Part shown: piece by piece, positions 54,693-64,000 of the stretch
Numbering within the stretch: position 1 is the stretch's first letter
Layout of the letters: each line of letters opens with the position of its first letter
Virus record (IMG/VR): IMGVR_UViG_3300008266_000014
Coordinates: 64,001 to 128,000 of that record
Direction: 5' to 3' (one strand)
DNA from: a virus
DNA: 64,000 nucleotides
Translations under genes and position numbers: made by a program
Notes under the pieces: generated by a model
The model's database searches: none
The model's input: the letters and a program-made list of their open reading frames with translations, nothing else
Told to the model about the DNA's origin: nothing

Positions 54693-55727
54693 ATGCAACC
54701 TATTGATTACAAATATATTGGTCTGATATCATCCCACCTACCGCTCTTCACGAGAAAGCGAGACGGTACATATAATTTTAGATGTATACTATGTGGTGAT
54801 TCTCAAACCAACAAAACAAAGAAACGCGGTTTCCTTCTTGCACAAGGTGACCGCGTTACTTATTACTGCCACAATTGTAATGCCTCACTGAGTCTCCCAA
54901 ATCTTATCAAGCACGTCGATGTAAATCTTTTTGAGGAATATCAAAAAGAAAAACTAGCAGAAAAATATATTTCCAAACAAACTGGAATAACCGCAAGACC
55001 CCGTGACATTACTCGCATAAGTTTTCCTAAATACCTTCGCTCTCATATGAAGGAGCTAGTCAAAGTTTCTTCACTTCGGTATGACCATCCTGCGAAAAAG
55101 TATGTTGACCAGCGAAAGATCCCCAGCAAACACCATCATAAACTGTTCTTTGCTGGAACTTTCAAAAAATGGGTCAACACTCTAATCCCAGATAAATTTG
55201 ACCTTGAGAGTGGTAAAGATGAAGCAAGGCTCGTAATCCCTTTTATTGATATGGATGGTTCGCTAATAGGGTTTACCGGCAGGTCTTTTGATCCCAATAG
55301 TAAGCTGAGATACATTACTATTGCAGTCGATCCAGAAAAGCCAATGCTGTATGGTTTAGACAATATTGACAAAACCAGAAAGATATACGTGACGGAAGGA
55401 CCTATTGATTCACTATTCCTTCCAAACTGTCTTGCGATGTCTTCATCTAATAATTTTGATGGATTAAAAACATTCAACAGTGACCCATCAAAATACATTA
55501 TCGTTATGGATAATGAACCGAAAAATAAAGATATATGTAGAATTGTTGAGAAGGCAATAGATCTTGGTTATAGTGTTTGTATATGGCCAAATCATATCGA
55601 ACACAAAGATGTAAATGAGATGGTGTTGTCTGGGATCTCTCCAGAAAACATAAAACTGATTATCGACAACAATACATATTCTGGTTTGCAAGCAAAGGCT
55701 ACCCTGATGCAGTGGAAAAAATGCTAG
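54693..55727 (+). CDS. gp61: DNA primase
   Basis: NFRC..CGDS, CHNC zinc finger, RLVIPF, GRS, TEGPIDSLF, DNEP, KDVNEM. Confidence 0.96.
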   Translation: MQPIDYKYIGLISSHLPLFTRKRDGTYNFRCILCGDSQTNKTKKRGFLLAQGDRVTYYCHNCNASLSLPNLIKHVDVNLFEEYQKEKLAEKYISKQTGITARPRDITRISFPKYLRSHMKELVKVSSLRYDHPAKKYVDQRKIPSKHHHKLFFAGTFKKWVNTLIPDKFDLESGKDEARLVIPFIDMDGSLIGFTGRSFDPNSKLRYITIAVDPEKPMLYGLDNIDKTRKIYVTEGPIDSLFLPNCLAMSSSNNFDGLKTFNSDPSKYIIVMDNEPKNKDICRIVEKAIDLGYSVCIWPNHIEHKDVNEMVLSGISPENIKLIIDNNTYSGLQAKATLMQWKKC

Positions 55728-55945
55728 AGATAGAAAGAAAAGCAAAAATATATCTTCGCTCGATGGATAAGTTAGTTATGTCCTGTGACAATGAAGAAGA
55801 GTTGAGAATGCTTGCTTGTGCAATGATGACGTCTTCAATTCATATTTTAGAACAGCAAATAGGAATTAACCGTACTCGTAAGTTACTAGACGCAACCATG
55901 GAGGCACGTTATGGTGAAAGAGAAGGAGACAGAAGAGCAAAATGA
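55721..55945 (+). CDS. Hypothetical protein
   Basis: CDNEEELRMLACAM motif. Confidence 0.6.
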   Translation: MLEIERKAKIYLRSMDKLVMSCDNEEELRMLACAMMTSSIHILEQQIGINRTRKLLDATMEARYGEREGDRRAK

Positions 55946-56234
55946 ATACACAAAGCCAACAAAAAGCAAACATCAAACAAGACTCGGCCAGAAACAAAAT
56001 CACATACAAAAACAATTAAAAATAGTAAAGACGAGTGGTGGTAATAAAAGGTATCTTAGAGAGCCACACCGTCTTGCTAAACACAATGCTATGGACTGTG
56101 GCAAGCCTAATTGTTTTCTCTGTGGAAATAGACGAAAGATGGCTGGCAAAACAGTACAAGAATTAAAATTCGAACAAACTGAGAAATGGAATAATTATGA
56201 AAGTGAAACTGATAAGTTACTCGGGACTCAATAA
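55911..56234 (+). CDS. Basic hypothetical protein
   Basis: PHRLAKH..MDCG.PNC.LCGN.R..TVQE.KF. Confidence 0.65.
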   Translation: MVKEKETEEQNEYTKPTKSKHQTRLGQKQNHIQKQLKIVKTSGGNKRYLREPHRLAKHNAMDCGKPNCFLCGNRRKMAGKTVQELKFEQTEKWNNYESETDKLLGTQ

Positions 56235-56871
56235 TGAATTACATGCTGAACGGGATAGTCGATCAATTCAAGACCTTATTGCATACTGTGCAAGAGTATC
56301 GAATCCATCGAACCAGTCGAACAAAGAGACCTCTGAAAAACTCATCAAGTACCTTGCAGCACACAAGCACTGGAGTCCGTTTGAAATGGTCAACGCATGC
56401 CTCGAAATTGAAACAACAAGAGACATTGCAAGACAGATCCTCAGGCACCGTAGTTTTAGTTTCCAAGAGTTCAGTCAGCGATATGCTGATCCTACGAAGG
56501 AACTCGAATTCGTATACCGAGATGCCCGACTACAGGATACAAAGAATAGACAAAACAGTATAGAAACAGACGATCGAGAACTAAAACGTCTTTGGCAAGA
56601 ACAGCAACAAGAGGTACTCAAAACAGCTCAGCACGCGTATCAGTGGGCAATATTAAACGGAATTGCAAAAGAACAAGCAAGGGCCGTACTACCTGAAGGG
56701 CTTACAGTATCAAGAATCTACATGAATGGAACTATCAGATCATGGATACACTATATAGAGCTCCGAACCGCAAATGGTACACAAAAAGAACACATGGAGA
56801 TAGCAAGAGCATGCGCTGACGCAATTTCACCAATCTTTCCTATGATCGAACAATATGTCCAACAACAATAA
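56197..56871 (+). CDS. thyX: Flavin-dependent thymidylate synthase
   Basis: HWSPFE, RQILRHRSFSFQEFSQRY, EQARAVLP, TQKEH. Confidence 0.97.
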   Translation: MKVKLISYSGLNNELHAERDSRSIQDLIAYCARVSNPSNQSNKETSEKLIKYLAAHKHWSPFEMVNACLEIETTRDIARQILRHRSFSFQEFSQRYADPTKELEFVYRDARLQDTKNRQNSIETDDRELKRLWQEQQQEVLKTAQHAYQWAILNGIAKEQARAVLPEGLTVSRIYMNGTIRSWIHYIELRTANGTQKEHMEIARACADAISPIFPMIEQYVQQQ

Positions 56872-58711
56872 TAATAACGAGGTAGAGATGCATCTTTCAG
56901 TAGTCCCTAAACAGAAACAACTTCCAGATTATCACATCACAGTCGACCTAGAAAGAGATAAATTATTTGATGAGCATGGAATGAAACGACTGCGTGAGTC
57001 GTACATGCTCGATTCAGAACAGTCACCTCAAGATAGATTTGCCTTTGTTTCGAAAGTATTTGCATCGAATCAAGACCACGCACAACGTCTATACGACTAC
57101 TCCTCAAAGCACTGGCTGTCTTACTCTACCCCTATCCTCTCGTTTGGAAGAACTCAAAAGGGACTACCCATCTCTTGTTTTTTGAACTTCATGCATGACA
57201 GCTCTGCTGGTCTTGTCGACAATTTATCCGAGACAAACTGGTTGTCGATGCTGGGTGGTGGTGTAGGTATTGGTTTTGGTATTCGTTCTGCGGACGAAAA
57301 ATCTACTGGTGTTATGCCACATCTTAGAATTTACGATGCATCATCTCTTGCATACAGACAAGGAAGAACACGTCGTGGTTCATATGCAGCATACTTAGAT
57401 ATCGACCACCCAGATATTGCGTTGTTCTTGGATATGAGAAAACCAACTGGTGATCCAAACATGCGCGCACCAAATCTCCATCATGGTATCAATATGTCGG
57501 ATAAGTTCATGCAGCTAATCGAAAAGTGCATGCTGGATCCAGAAGCAGATGATAGCTGGGAGTTGAATGATCCACACGATGGACAGGTTCGTGAGGTCGT
57601 CTCTGCGAAAGCGCTTTGGCAACAAATCCTTGAACTAAGAATGCATACCGGTGAACCATATCTACACTTCATCGATACGAGTAATAGAGCACTCCCACAA
57701 TGGTTGAAAGATAAAGGATTGAAAGTTAGACAGTCAAACCTTTGTTCAGAGATTGTCCTTCCAACTGATAAAGATAGAACTGCTGTATGCTGCCTGTCTT
57801 CTGTAAATCTGGAGTATTATGATGAGTGGAAAAATGATCCCCTTTTCTTGCGTGATATTGCTGAAATGCTTGACAATGTTCTTCAGTATTTCATTGATAA
57901 CGCACCCTCACCAGTTCATAGAGCTGTATACAGTGCTACTCGAGAAAGGTCTATTGGCGTTGGGGCTCTTGGCTTCCATGCTTATCTACAGCGTAATAAT
58001 ATTCCATTCGAGTCATCAATGGCAGTCGGAAGAAACAAACAAATCTTCAAACACGTAAGGAGTAAGTTGGATGAAGCAAACCGGCAACTTGGTAATGAGC
58101 GTGGGGAAGCGCCGGATGCTGCAGGGACTGGTCTTCGTTTCAGCCATCTCATGGCTGTGGCACCCAATGCCAGCTCTTCTATTATCATGGGCAACACATC
58201 TCCTAGTATTGAACCATATAGAGCAAATGCATATAGACAAGATACTCTCTCAGGGGCACATCTCAACAAAAACAAATGGCTAGACAGAATCATTCGTATG
58301 TCTTGCGAGACTAACAAAGATCTTGACTATGATGATATTTGGTCTTCGATTATTGCTAACGATGGGTCGGTGCAGCACTTAGAGTGGATGGATGACTGGA
58401 CAAAGGATGTGTTTAAAACATCCATGGAGATCGATCAGCGTTGGATTGTACAGCATGCATCTGATCGTCAAGAGTTTATTGATCAGGCACAATCAGTCAA
58501 CCTCTTCTTTAGACCAGATGTAAATATCATGTATCTTCATGCAGTGCATTTCCAGGCGTGGAAGCAAGGATTGAAGAGTCTTTACTATTGCAGAAGTGAG
58601 AAACTTGCAAAAGCAGATAAGGTGTCAAAGCGCATTGAGCGTCAGGTAATCGAAGAGATTGATATGAGAGCCCTCGCAGAGGGTAATGAATGCTTGGCTT
58701 GCGAAGGATAA
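56855..58711 (+). CDS. nrdA: Ribonucleotide reductase class Ia alpha subunit
   Basis: ISCF, GGGVG, QSNLCSEI, APNASSS, SLYY, C-terminal CLACEG. Confidence 0.96.
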   Translation: MSNNNNNNEVEMHLSVVPKQKQLPDYHITVDLERDKLFDEHGMKRLRESYMLDSEQSPQDRFAFVSKVFASNQDHAQRLYDYSSKHWLSYSTPILSFGRTQKGLPISCFLNFMHDSSAGLVDNLSETNWLSMLGGGVGIGFGIRSADEKSTGVMPHLRIYDASSLAYRQGRTRRGSYAAYLDIDHPDIALFLDMRKPTGDPNMRAPNLHHGINMSDKFMQLIEKCMLDPEADDSWELNDPHDGQVREVVSAKALWQQILELRMHTGEPYLHFIDTSNRALPQWLKDKGLKVRQSNLCSEIVLPTDKDRTAVCCLSSVNLEYYDEWKNDPLFLRDIAEMLDNVLQYFIDNAPSPVHRAVYSATRERSIGVGALGFHAYLQRNNIPFESSMAVGRNKQIFKHVRSKLDEANRQLGNERGEAPDAAGTGLRFSHLMAVAPNASSSIIMGNTSPSIEPYRANAYRQDTLSGAHLNKNKWLDRIIRMSCETNKDLDYDDIWSSIIANDGSVQHLEWMDDWTKDVFKTSMEIDQRWIVQHASDRQEFIDQAQSVNLFFRPDVNIMYLHAVHFQAWKQGLKSLYYCRSEKLAKADKVSKRIERQVIEEIDMRALAEGNECLACEG

Positions 58712-58730
58712 TAATTAACACAAAAGAAAC

Positions 58731-59798
58731 ATGAAACCATCTCATTTCTATTTTGATGAAAATATTCTTGAAAAGGAAAGTATACTATTTCGTCACGCAA
58801 GATATCTTGGACATGAGCTGCTAGTTCCAGAAGTTGGAAATTACTCCGTTATCCCTCACGATGATAACGGAAGATTTCTCTACCACTCGAAAGAAGGGTT
58901 ACAGTGTGTCTCTAATGTGTGTCGACATAGGCAAGCGTCTATATTAAAAGGGTCTGGTAGTACTTCTAATATCGTATGTCCACTGCACGGATGGACGTAC
59001 GATACAACTGGTAGGTTGATTGGTGCTCCACACTTTGACCCTTGTCCCAATACTTCCCTTCGTAAGTTTGAAACACAACAGTGGAACGGAATACTTTTTG
59101 AAAAAGGAACCCTAGATCTGCTCAATGATCTAGAGGGAATGAGACTATCAAAACACTTCAACTTTAATGGATATGTTTTTCATTCCAGAAAAGAACATGA
59201 ATGCAACTACAACTGGAAAACATTTATTGAGGTTTACTTAGACGATTATCACGTTGATCCGTTCCATCCTGGACTAGGTAATTTTGTTGATTGCAGTAAT
59301 CTCGATTGGCAGTTTGGAAATAGGTACTCTGTTCAGTCCGTTGGTGTGAATAATAAATTGATGCTAGCTGGAACACCAGTCTACAAGCAGTGGCACAGAG
59401 TACTAATGGATTATAGAAAAGGAATTGTTCCAGAGTTTGGGGCAATCTGGCTCACAATATACCCCAACGTAATGGTAGAGTGGTATCCAGAAGTGCTTGT
59501 CATTTCAACTGTATGGCCGGTGACCCCACAAAAGACAAGAAACGTAGTTGACTTCTATTACCCAGAAGAGATTGTTCATTTTGAACCTCAATTTGTAGAA
59601 GCTCATCAAGCAGCGTATATGGAAACCTGTTTTGAAGATGACGAAATTGCAGAAAGAATGGATCAAGGTAGAAAGCATTTAAATAGTGTTAATTTTAATG
59701 ATTATGGGCTTGTCCACGACCCAATGGAAAAGGGATTAGAGTACTTCTATAAGTATTACGATAACTTTATTTTTTCAGACTGGACAAAGAGAGTGTAA
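58731..59798 (+). CDS. Rieske [2Fe-2S] non-heme iron oxygenase alpha subunit
   Basis: NVCRHR...CPLHGW Rieske ligands; NWK..E...DYHV..FH, EDD mononuclear Fe site. Confidence 0.92.
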   Translation: MKPSHFYFDENILEKESILFRHARYLGHELLVPEVGNYSVIPHDDNGRFLYHSKEGLQCVSNVCRHRQASILKGSGSTSNIVCPLHGWTYDTTGRLIGAPHFDPCPNTSLRKFETQQWNGILFEKGTLDLLNDLEGMRLSKHFNFNGYVFHSRKEHECNYNWKTFIEVYLDDYHVDPFHPGLGNFVDCSNLDWQFGNRYSVQSVGVNNKLMLAGTPVYKQWHRVLMDYRKGIVPEFGAIWLTIYPNVMVEWYPEVLVISTVWPVTPQKTRNVVDFYYPEEIVHFEPQFVEAHQAAYMETCFEDDEIAERMDQGRKHLNSVNFNDYGLVHDPMEKGLEYFYKYYDNFIFSDWTKRV

Positions 59799-59799
59799 A

Positions 59800-59913
59800 T
59801 TGGACCCACATACAGTATACTTTCTTTTTGGATTTACTCTTGGATGTCTCCTGATGGGTTGTGTAGCAGTTTTTTCTATGATCATCATGTATGAATATAT
59901 GTCTATCAAATGA
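59800..59913 (+). CDS. Small hydrophobic protein (37 aa)
   Basis: TTG start, single TM, TGA overlapping the next ATG. Confidence 0.35.
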   Translation: MDPHTVYFLFGFTLGCLLMGCVAVFSMIIMYEYMSIK

Positions 59914-60548
59914 AAACGATTGCTATTTTTGTTCACCAACCAAGGTGTTCGGTGCAGTCAGGTAATGGAATAATCAAAGCCCTAACTCCTCATTATAGAT
60001 TTAAGGTTTTTACTAAACATGAACTTGAAGATGACTTTTTTGATGATGTTGATATGGTCGCTTTTCCTGGTGGCACTGGCGATTCCGATAGTTGGAATCG
60101 TTTATTTAAATCTCATGTTGACCGCATCCGTGGCTTCGTTGCTGGTGGTGGGCATTACTTGGGTATATGCATGGGAGCGTATTGGACGGGACCTGACTAC
60201 TTTAACATACTTGATGGCGTTCAAGTATGTCAATATATAACTCGTCCCAATACAGATACTAGAAGACCACATGCAAAGCAAATGAAGGTTACCTGGAATG
60301 ACCAACCAGAAGAACTCTTTTTTTATGATGGCTGTGCGATTGTAGGTGATGAAGCTAAGTACAATGTAGTATCACGATATCCAAATGGTGATGCTATGGC
60401 GATCATACAAAACAGAGTAGGATTGATTGGGTGTCATCCGGAAGCTGAGCAACACTGGTACAATAGCTATTCGTGGATGAAGAAACGCTGGACAGGCAAC
60501 AAACACAATTTACTACTTGACTTCGTGAACAAAATAATGGAGAAATAG
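59910..60548 (+). CDS. Class I glutamine amidotransferase-like (BPL_N-type) protein
   Basis: FPGG, YLGICMGAY nucleophile elbow, HPE. Confidence 0.85.
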   Translation: MKTIAIFVHQPRCSVQSGNGIIKALTPHYRFKVFTKHELEDDFFDDVDMVAFPGGTGDSDSWNRLFKSHVDRIRGFVAGGGHYLGICMGAYWTGPDYFNILDGVQVCQYITRPNTDTRRPHAKQMKVTWNDQPEELFFYDGCAIVGDEAKYNVVSRYPNGDAMAIIQNRVGLIGCHPEAEQHWYNSYSWMKKRWTGNKHNLLLDFVNKIMEK

Positions 60549-60549
60549 T

Positions 60550-60735
60550 ATGATAGGTGAGATTCCATACATGATCGTGTGGGGTTTCTTTTCTGCTTTG
60601 GGCTGGATGACAGCTAACTGGGTTGTCGAAAAGAACTTTCCAGACAAGCAGCAAGAAAAACCTCCTGTGATTGAACGTCAGGTTGAGGAGATGAATAATG
60701 GCAGAGATCCTAAGCTTCCAGAGCAAAAAAGATGA
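60550..60735 (+). CDS. Small membrane protein
   Basis: WGFFSALGWMTANW TM segment. Confidence 0.55.
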   Translation: MIGEIPYMIVWGFFSALGWMTANWVVEKNFPDKQQEKPPVIERQVEEMNNGRDPKLPEQKR

Positions 60736-60886
60736 AAAGAATCTTGCAAAACAACACGATGATGTGCTAATTGAAGAGCATAGAATCAAATTACTTACTT
60801 TATACGCTCAAATGGAGCATATAATAAAAGAGATAAATTATCATAAAGAAGTAATACAACTACTAGAAAAAGGCACGAAGAAATGA
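60698..60886 (+). CDS. Hypothetical protein
   Basis: GAGGAG SD; MAEILSF. Confidence 0.55.
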   Translation: MAEILSFQSKKDEKNLAKQHDDVLIEEHRIKLLTLYAQMEHIIKEINYHKEVIQLLEKGTKK

Positions 60887-61434
60887 AAAACTTTTCTCAT
60901 TTCATTGAGGAAAAAGATAATCTAGTACTAGAACCTCTTCCATACAAAGACACTGATTTAAAGGGTGTTATGAGTAAAGAGACGCTAGATTATCATTACA
61001 GCACACTTGCAGCAGGGTATGTAAAGAGATTCAATCAGGGAAAAGGTGATCCTAAGTTCAACACAGCAGGAGCATATCTTCACAACTTGTTCTTTCCTCA
61101 GTTGAAACCTCCAGTTGATGATAATATGCCAGAAGGATCCAGTGACGCTCTGATCAAAAGTGCTTTTGGGTCGTTTCAAAAGTTCCAAGAAGAGATCAAA
61201 AAAATTGCAATGAAGATTCAAGGATCGGGGTGGGTCTATATGGATACGTCTGGAAAAATTAAAACGATCGTAAACCACGAGGTTGTTCCAAACATCGCAC
61301 TGATTATTGATTGGTGGGAGCATGCCTGGGCTCTTGACTACCAAGCTGATAAGGAAAAGTATCTCGATAACATCTGGAAAGTTATCGACTGGAAAGTTGT
61401 CAATGACAGAATAAATAATGAAAGATCTACTTAA
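60883..61434 (+). CDS. sod: Fe/Mn superoxide dismutase with capsid-targeting-like leader
   Basis: LPY, DYHY, LHNLFF, GSGW, DWWEHA; leader MKNFSHFIEE. Confidence 0.9.
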   Translation: MKNFSHFIEEKDNLVLEPLPYKDTDLKGVMSKETLDYHYSTLAAGYVKRFNQGKGDPKFNTAGAYLHNLFFPQLKPPVDDNMPEGSSDALIKSAFGSFQKFQEEIKKIAMKIQGSGWVYMDTSGKIKTIVNHEVVPNIALIIDWWEHAWALDYQADKEKYLDNIWKVIDWKVVNDRINNERST

Positions 61435-61672
61435 GTTCCTTCCTCAGGTACTGCAAGCGTTACCTGAAGTAATCAAGTACATAAAATACATTCCAGTTCT
61501 AATGGTCCTTGCTGGCATTGGATATGGGGTGTATATGTTTTTCTTAAATTACAAAGATCCCTACAAGTGTTACAACAACCAGCTTTTTGAACAAAAAAGC
61601 ATTCTATCCAATGTTTATATTTTTAACGGCGATACGTGTATAGATAACTCAGAAACCATACAAAAAGAATAA
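61418..61672 (+). CDS. Membrane protein
   Basis: One TM segment. Confidence 0.55.
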   Translation: MKDLLKFLPQVLQALPEVIKYIKYIPVLMVLAGIGYGVYMFFLNYKDPYKCYNNQLFEQKSILSNVYIFNGDTCIDNSETIQKE

Positions 61673-61888
61673 ATGTCAGAAGACAATAAAGATGTAAAAA
61701 ATGAACTCAAGAAGTTCAAACCAAAGAAAAACAAAATAACAGTTCCCGCTGAGTTTTTAGATAATGCAAAGAGTTATGAGGACAAGCTAGTACTGGTCCA
61801 ACACCTGACTGAGAGGGAGAAGGGTAGAGTTTTGTTGATCATAAAATCAATGTTAAAAGATGCTGTAAGTAAGAAAAACAAAGTATAG
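61673..61888 (+). CDS. Hypothetical protein
   Basis: Compact packing. Confidence 0.55.
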   Translation: MSEDNKDVKNELKKFKPKKNKITVPAEFLDNAKSYEDKLVLVQHLTEREKGRVLLIIKSMLKDAVSKKNKV

Positions 61889-61896
61889 GGTATAAA

Positions 61897-62424
61897 ATGT
61901 TTGATAATGATTCTATTGGATTCCAGAGGTTTTATGATGTTCTACCCAACAAAGATCATAATGAGTGTTATCAAAAATTAATTAATGGTTCTTGGAATTT
62001 TTCTGGGTGGTCGAATGCAGACGATCCAACAAGATTCTGGAACATGCCTTTACAGCACGATGATTTTTTTACATCATACTTCTTAAACGTGATATGTAGC
62101 ACAACAGGTCGAAAATTTTACACTGAAAGAGTTTACGCTAACGGACAAACTCACGGACAGTGTGGTAGCTTGCATACAGATCACATAGAAGGTAGAGAAG
62201 ACGTATCGTATACTTTTTTATACTACGCAAATCCTGAGTGGTATTCAGTGTGGGGTGGAGGTACTGCATTCTGGGCTTCAAGGAATCAGCATAAAGTAGA
62301 AGAGTACATACCGAACTCTGCAGTTATTTTCAAAGGTAATACTCTTCATGCAGGACTAGAACCAACTAGACATTGCTACGGTCTAAGGATTACTGTGGCA
62401 TACAAACTAATAGAGATTAAATGA
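61897..62424 (+). CDS. 2OG-Fe(II) oxygenase
   Basis: RVYANGQTHG, HTD, LYYANPEW..WGGGT, H, LRITVAYK. Confidence 0.87.
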   Translation: MFDNDSIGFQRFYDVLPNKDHNECYQKLINGSWNFSGWSNADDPTRFWNMPLQHDDFFTSYFLNVICSTTGRKFYTERVYANGQTHGQCGSLHTDHIEGREDVSYTFLYYANPEWYSVWGGGTAFWASRNQHKVEEYIPNSAVIFKGNTLHAGLEPTRHCYGLRITVAYKLIEIK

Positions 62425-63050
62425 ACCCTCTTTTTTCTATTACAGCAAACAAATTTGACGAGAACCTGAATCTAACAAAAAGAGTCAGCAATGATTACTT
62501 TACCAATCAATACATATCGTACTTCGATAATGATGGGTTTGAGCTTTCTTATCTGGAACAAGAATTTTACAGAGAGCATAATATTATCCTGACAGATATT
62601 CTCAACCATCGTAGTAATCAACTTCCATGGGTTGAGTGTAGTAGTGAAGATTTCAAGATAGACCATAGTACAATATCTCAGCGTTGGTCTTTTGACGGCG
62701 AAGCAAGATGTCAACTACTTAATCATGTTCACAAATTTCCTGAGCTTCTTAAATATCTAAATCTCAGACCAAAGTGGGGCTTGGACTTTGCACTAGAATA
62801 CTACAAAAAAGATAGGTTTGTTGAGGTAATGCACTTTGAGATGGACTACGATAGCTACGATCAAGCAGTACAAGCAAAAAGATATTTCCAAAATAAAATT
62901 CTTGAAACCGACTGGTACCTATTTGTTAGTATGCTTTTATCATGTGAGGAAGATTGGATTCATTTGAAGGGCATCGAACAAAACGACTGGAAAGCGAGAA
63001 TGTGGGGGCTGGATAAAGCAGAAGTAACACTTAAAACTTGGGGTCATTAA
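62421..63050 (+). CDS. Conserved hypothetical protein
   Basis: YFDNDGFEL..LEQ, GEA..QL, PKWGLDFAL. Confidence 0.65.
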   Translation: MNPLFSITANKFDENLNLTKRVSNDYFTNQYISYFDNDGFELSYLEQEFYREHNIILTDILNHRSNQLPWVECSSEDFKIDHSTISQRWSFDGEARCQLLNHVHKFPELLKYLNLRPKWGLDFALEYYKKDRFVEVMHFEMDYDSYDQAVQAKRYFQNKILETDWYLFVSMLLSCEEDWIHLKGIEQNDWKARMWGLDKAEVTLKTWGH

Positions 63051-64000
63051 TGGTTAAACAAAAACTAAAACTAACGGACGAACGTAACTCTTTCAAACCT
63101 TTTCATTATCCTTGGGCGTATGATGCGTGGTTGAAGCACGAGCAGAGCCATTGGATGCACACTGAAGTTCCAATGCTTGAAGATGTCAAAGACTGGAAAA
63201 ACAAATTGACAGAACAAGAAAAACATTTCCTAACAAACATCCTACGCTTCTTTACACAGGGTGATGTTGATGTTGCAGGGGGATATGTAAAGAACTACCT
63301 CCCATACTTTCCACAGCCAGAAGTAAGAATGATGCTAACAGGGTTTGCTGCACGTGAAGCACTTCATGTAGCAGCATACAGCCATCTCATTGAGACTCTT
63401 GGCATGCCAGAATCAACATACAATGAGTTCCTTCAGTATGATGAGATGAGAGCCAAGCATGATTACTTTCTGTCTATTGCTGGACAAGATGCATCAACTA
63501 TCGCTCAGCAGATTGCAGCGTTCAGTGCCTTTACTGAAGGCATGCAGCTATTCTCTTCTTTCATCATGCTACTCAACTTCCCTCGTCACGGAAAGATGAA
63601 AGGGATGGGTCAGATCATTACATGGTCAATTGTTGATGAGACAATCCATGCAGAGTCAATGATCAAACTATTCAGAACATTTGTCGAAGAGAATCGAGAC
63701 ATCTGGAAAGACGAGTTAAAGAGTGAGATATATACGATCGCAGAAAAGATGGTCGAACTAGAAGACAAATTTATTGATCTCGCCTTCTCGCTGGGTCAAA
63801 TGGAGGATCTCAATGCTGAGGATGTTAAGCGTTATATTCGCTACATTGCTGACCGTAGGCTTATTTCTCTTGGTCTTAAAGGGATTTTCAAAGTAAAGAA
63901 AAACCCCCTGCCATGGGTTGAGGAAATGATTAATGCACCTACTCACACAAACTTTTTTGAAAACCGTGCAACAGATTATGCAAAGGGGGCTCTGTCTGGC
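63050..64000 (+). CDS. nrdB: Ribonucleotide reductase class Ia beta subunit (3'-truncated by window)
   Basis: FKPFHYPWAY, FFTQGD, EALH..AY, EGMQLFSSF, DETIH, NFFE; absent from the ORF track because there is no stop in the window. Confidence 0.95.
   Translation, partial: MVKQKLKLTDERNSFKPFHYPWAYDAWLKHEQSHWMHTEVPMLEDVKDWKNKLTEQEKHFLTNILRFFTQGDVDVAGGYVKNYLPYFPQPEVRMMLTGFAAREALHVAAYSHLIETLGMPESTYNEFLQYDEMRAKHDYFLSIAGQDASTIAQQIAAFSAFTEGMQLFSSFIMLLNFPRHGKMKGMGQIITWSIVDETIHAESMIKLFRTFVEENRDIWKDELKSEIYTIAEKMVELEDKFIDLAFSLGQMEDLNAEDVKRYIRYIADRRLISLGLKGIFKVKKNPLPWVEEMINAPTHTNFFENRATDYAKGALSG

Noticed and set aside
1-64000. Minus-strand ORFs and short alternative-frame + ORFs in the track
   Set aside because: They overlap well-supported + strand genes or tRNAs and lack motifs; treated as shadow ORFs.

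Overview
This window is 64 kb of a large T4-like myovirus (Tevenvirinae/Kyanoviridae-grade gene set). It has no cyanobacterial photosynthesis genes, and several genes hint at a betaproteobacterial host. Essentially all genes are on the + strand in the standard genetic code. Gene order: 3' part of major capsid gp23, gp3, uvsY, uvsW, gp55, gp47, gp46, peptide deformylase; a split 7-deazaguanine DNA-modification pathway (queE, a PRTase, queD, folE, a DpdL-like T-fold protein, a TGT/DpdA-like protein, a DUF3310-like protein); an accessory region with 9 tRNAs; the replication module (gp45, gp44, gp62, regA, gp43, uvsX, gp41); a late-promoter-driven block of putative capsid-internal proteins; a lysis cassette; gp61, thyX, nrdA; a 4.3-kb redox island (Rieske oxygenase, SOD, 2OG oxygenase); and the 5' part of nrdB. 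Most notable: (1) two large polyprotein-like ORFs with repeated EQVDE linkers resembling prohead-protease sites, separating helical-hairpin modules with hypervariable loops, plus T4-type capsid-targeting-like leaders on a SOD, a methyltransferase and a HicA fusion; (2) a preQ1-I-like aptamer with an SD-sequestering hairpin upstream of queD; (3) a 172-nt structured ncRNA candidate with its own promoter abutting tRNA-Asn; (4) several other structured leaders, including a repeated promoter plus anti-SD hairpin design. Family calls come from motif recognition only; no searches were run.
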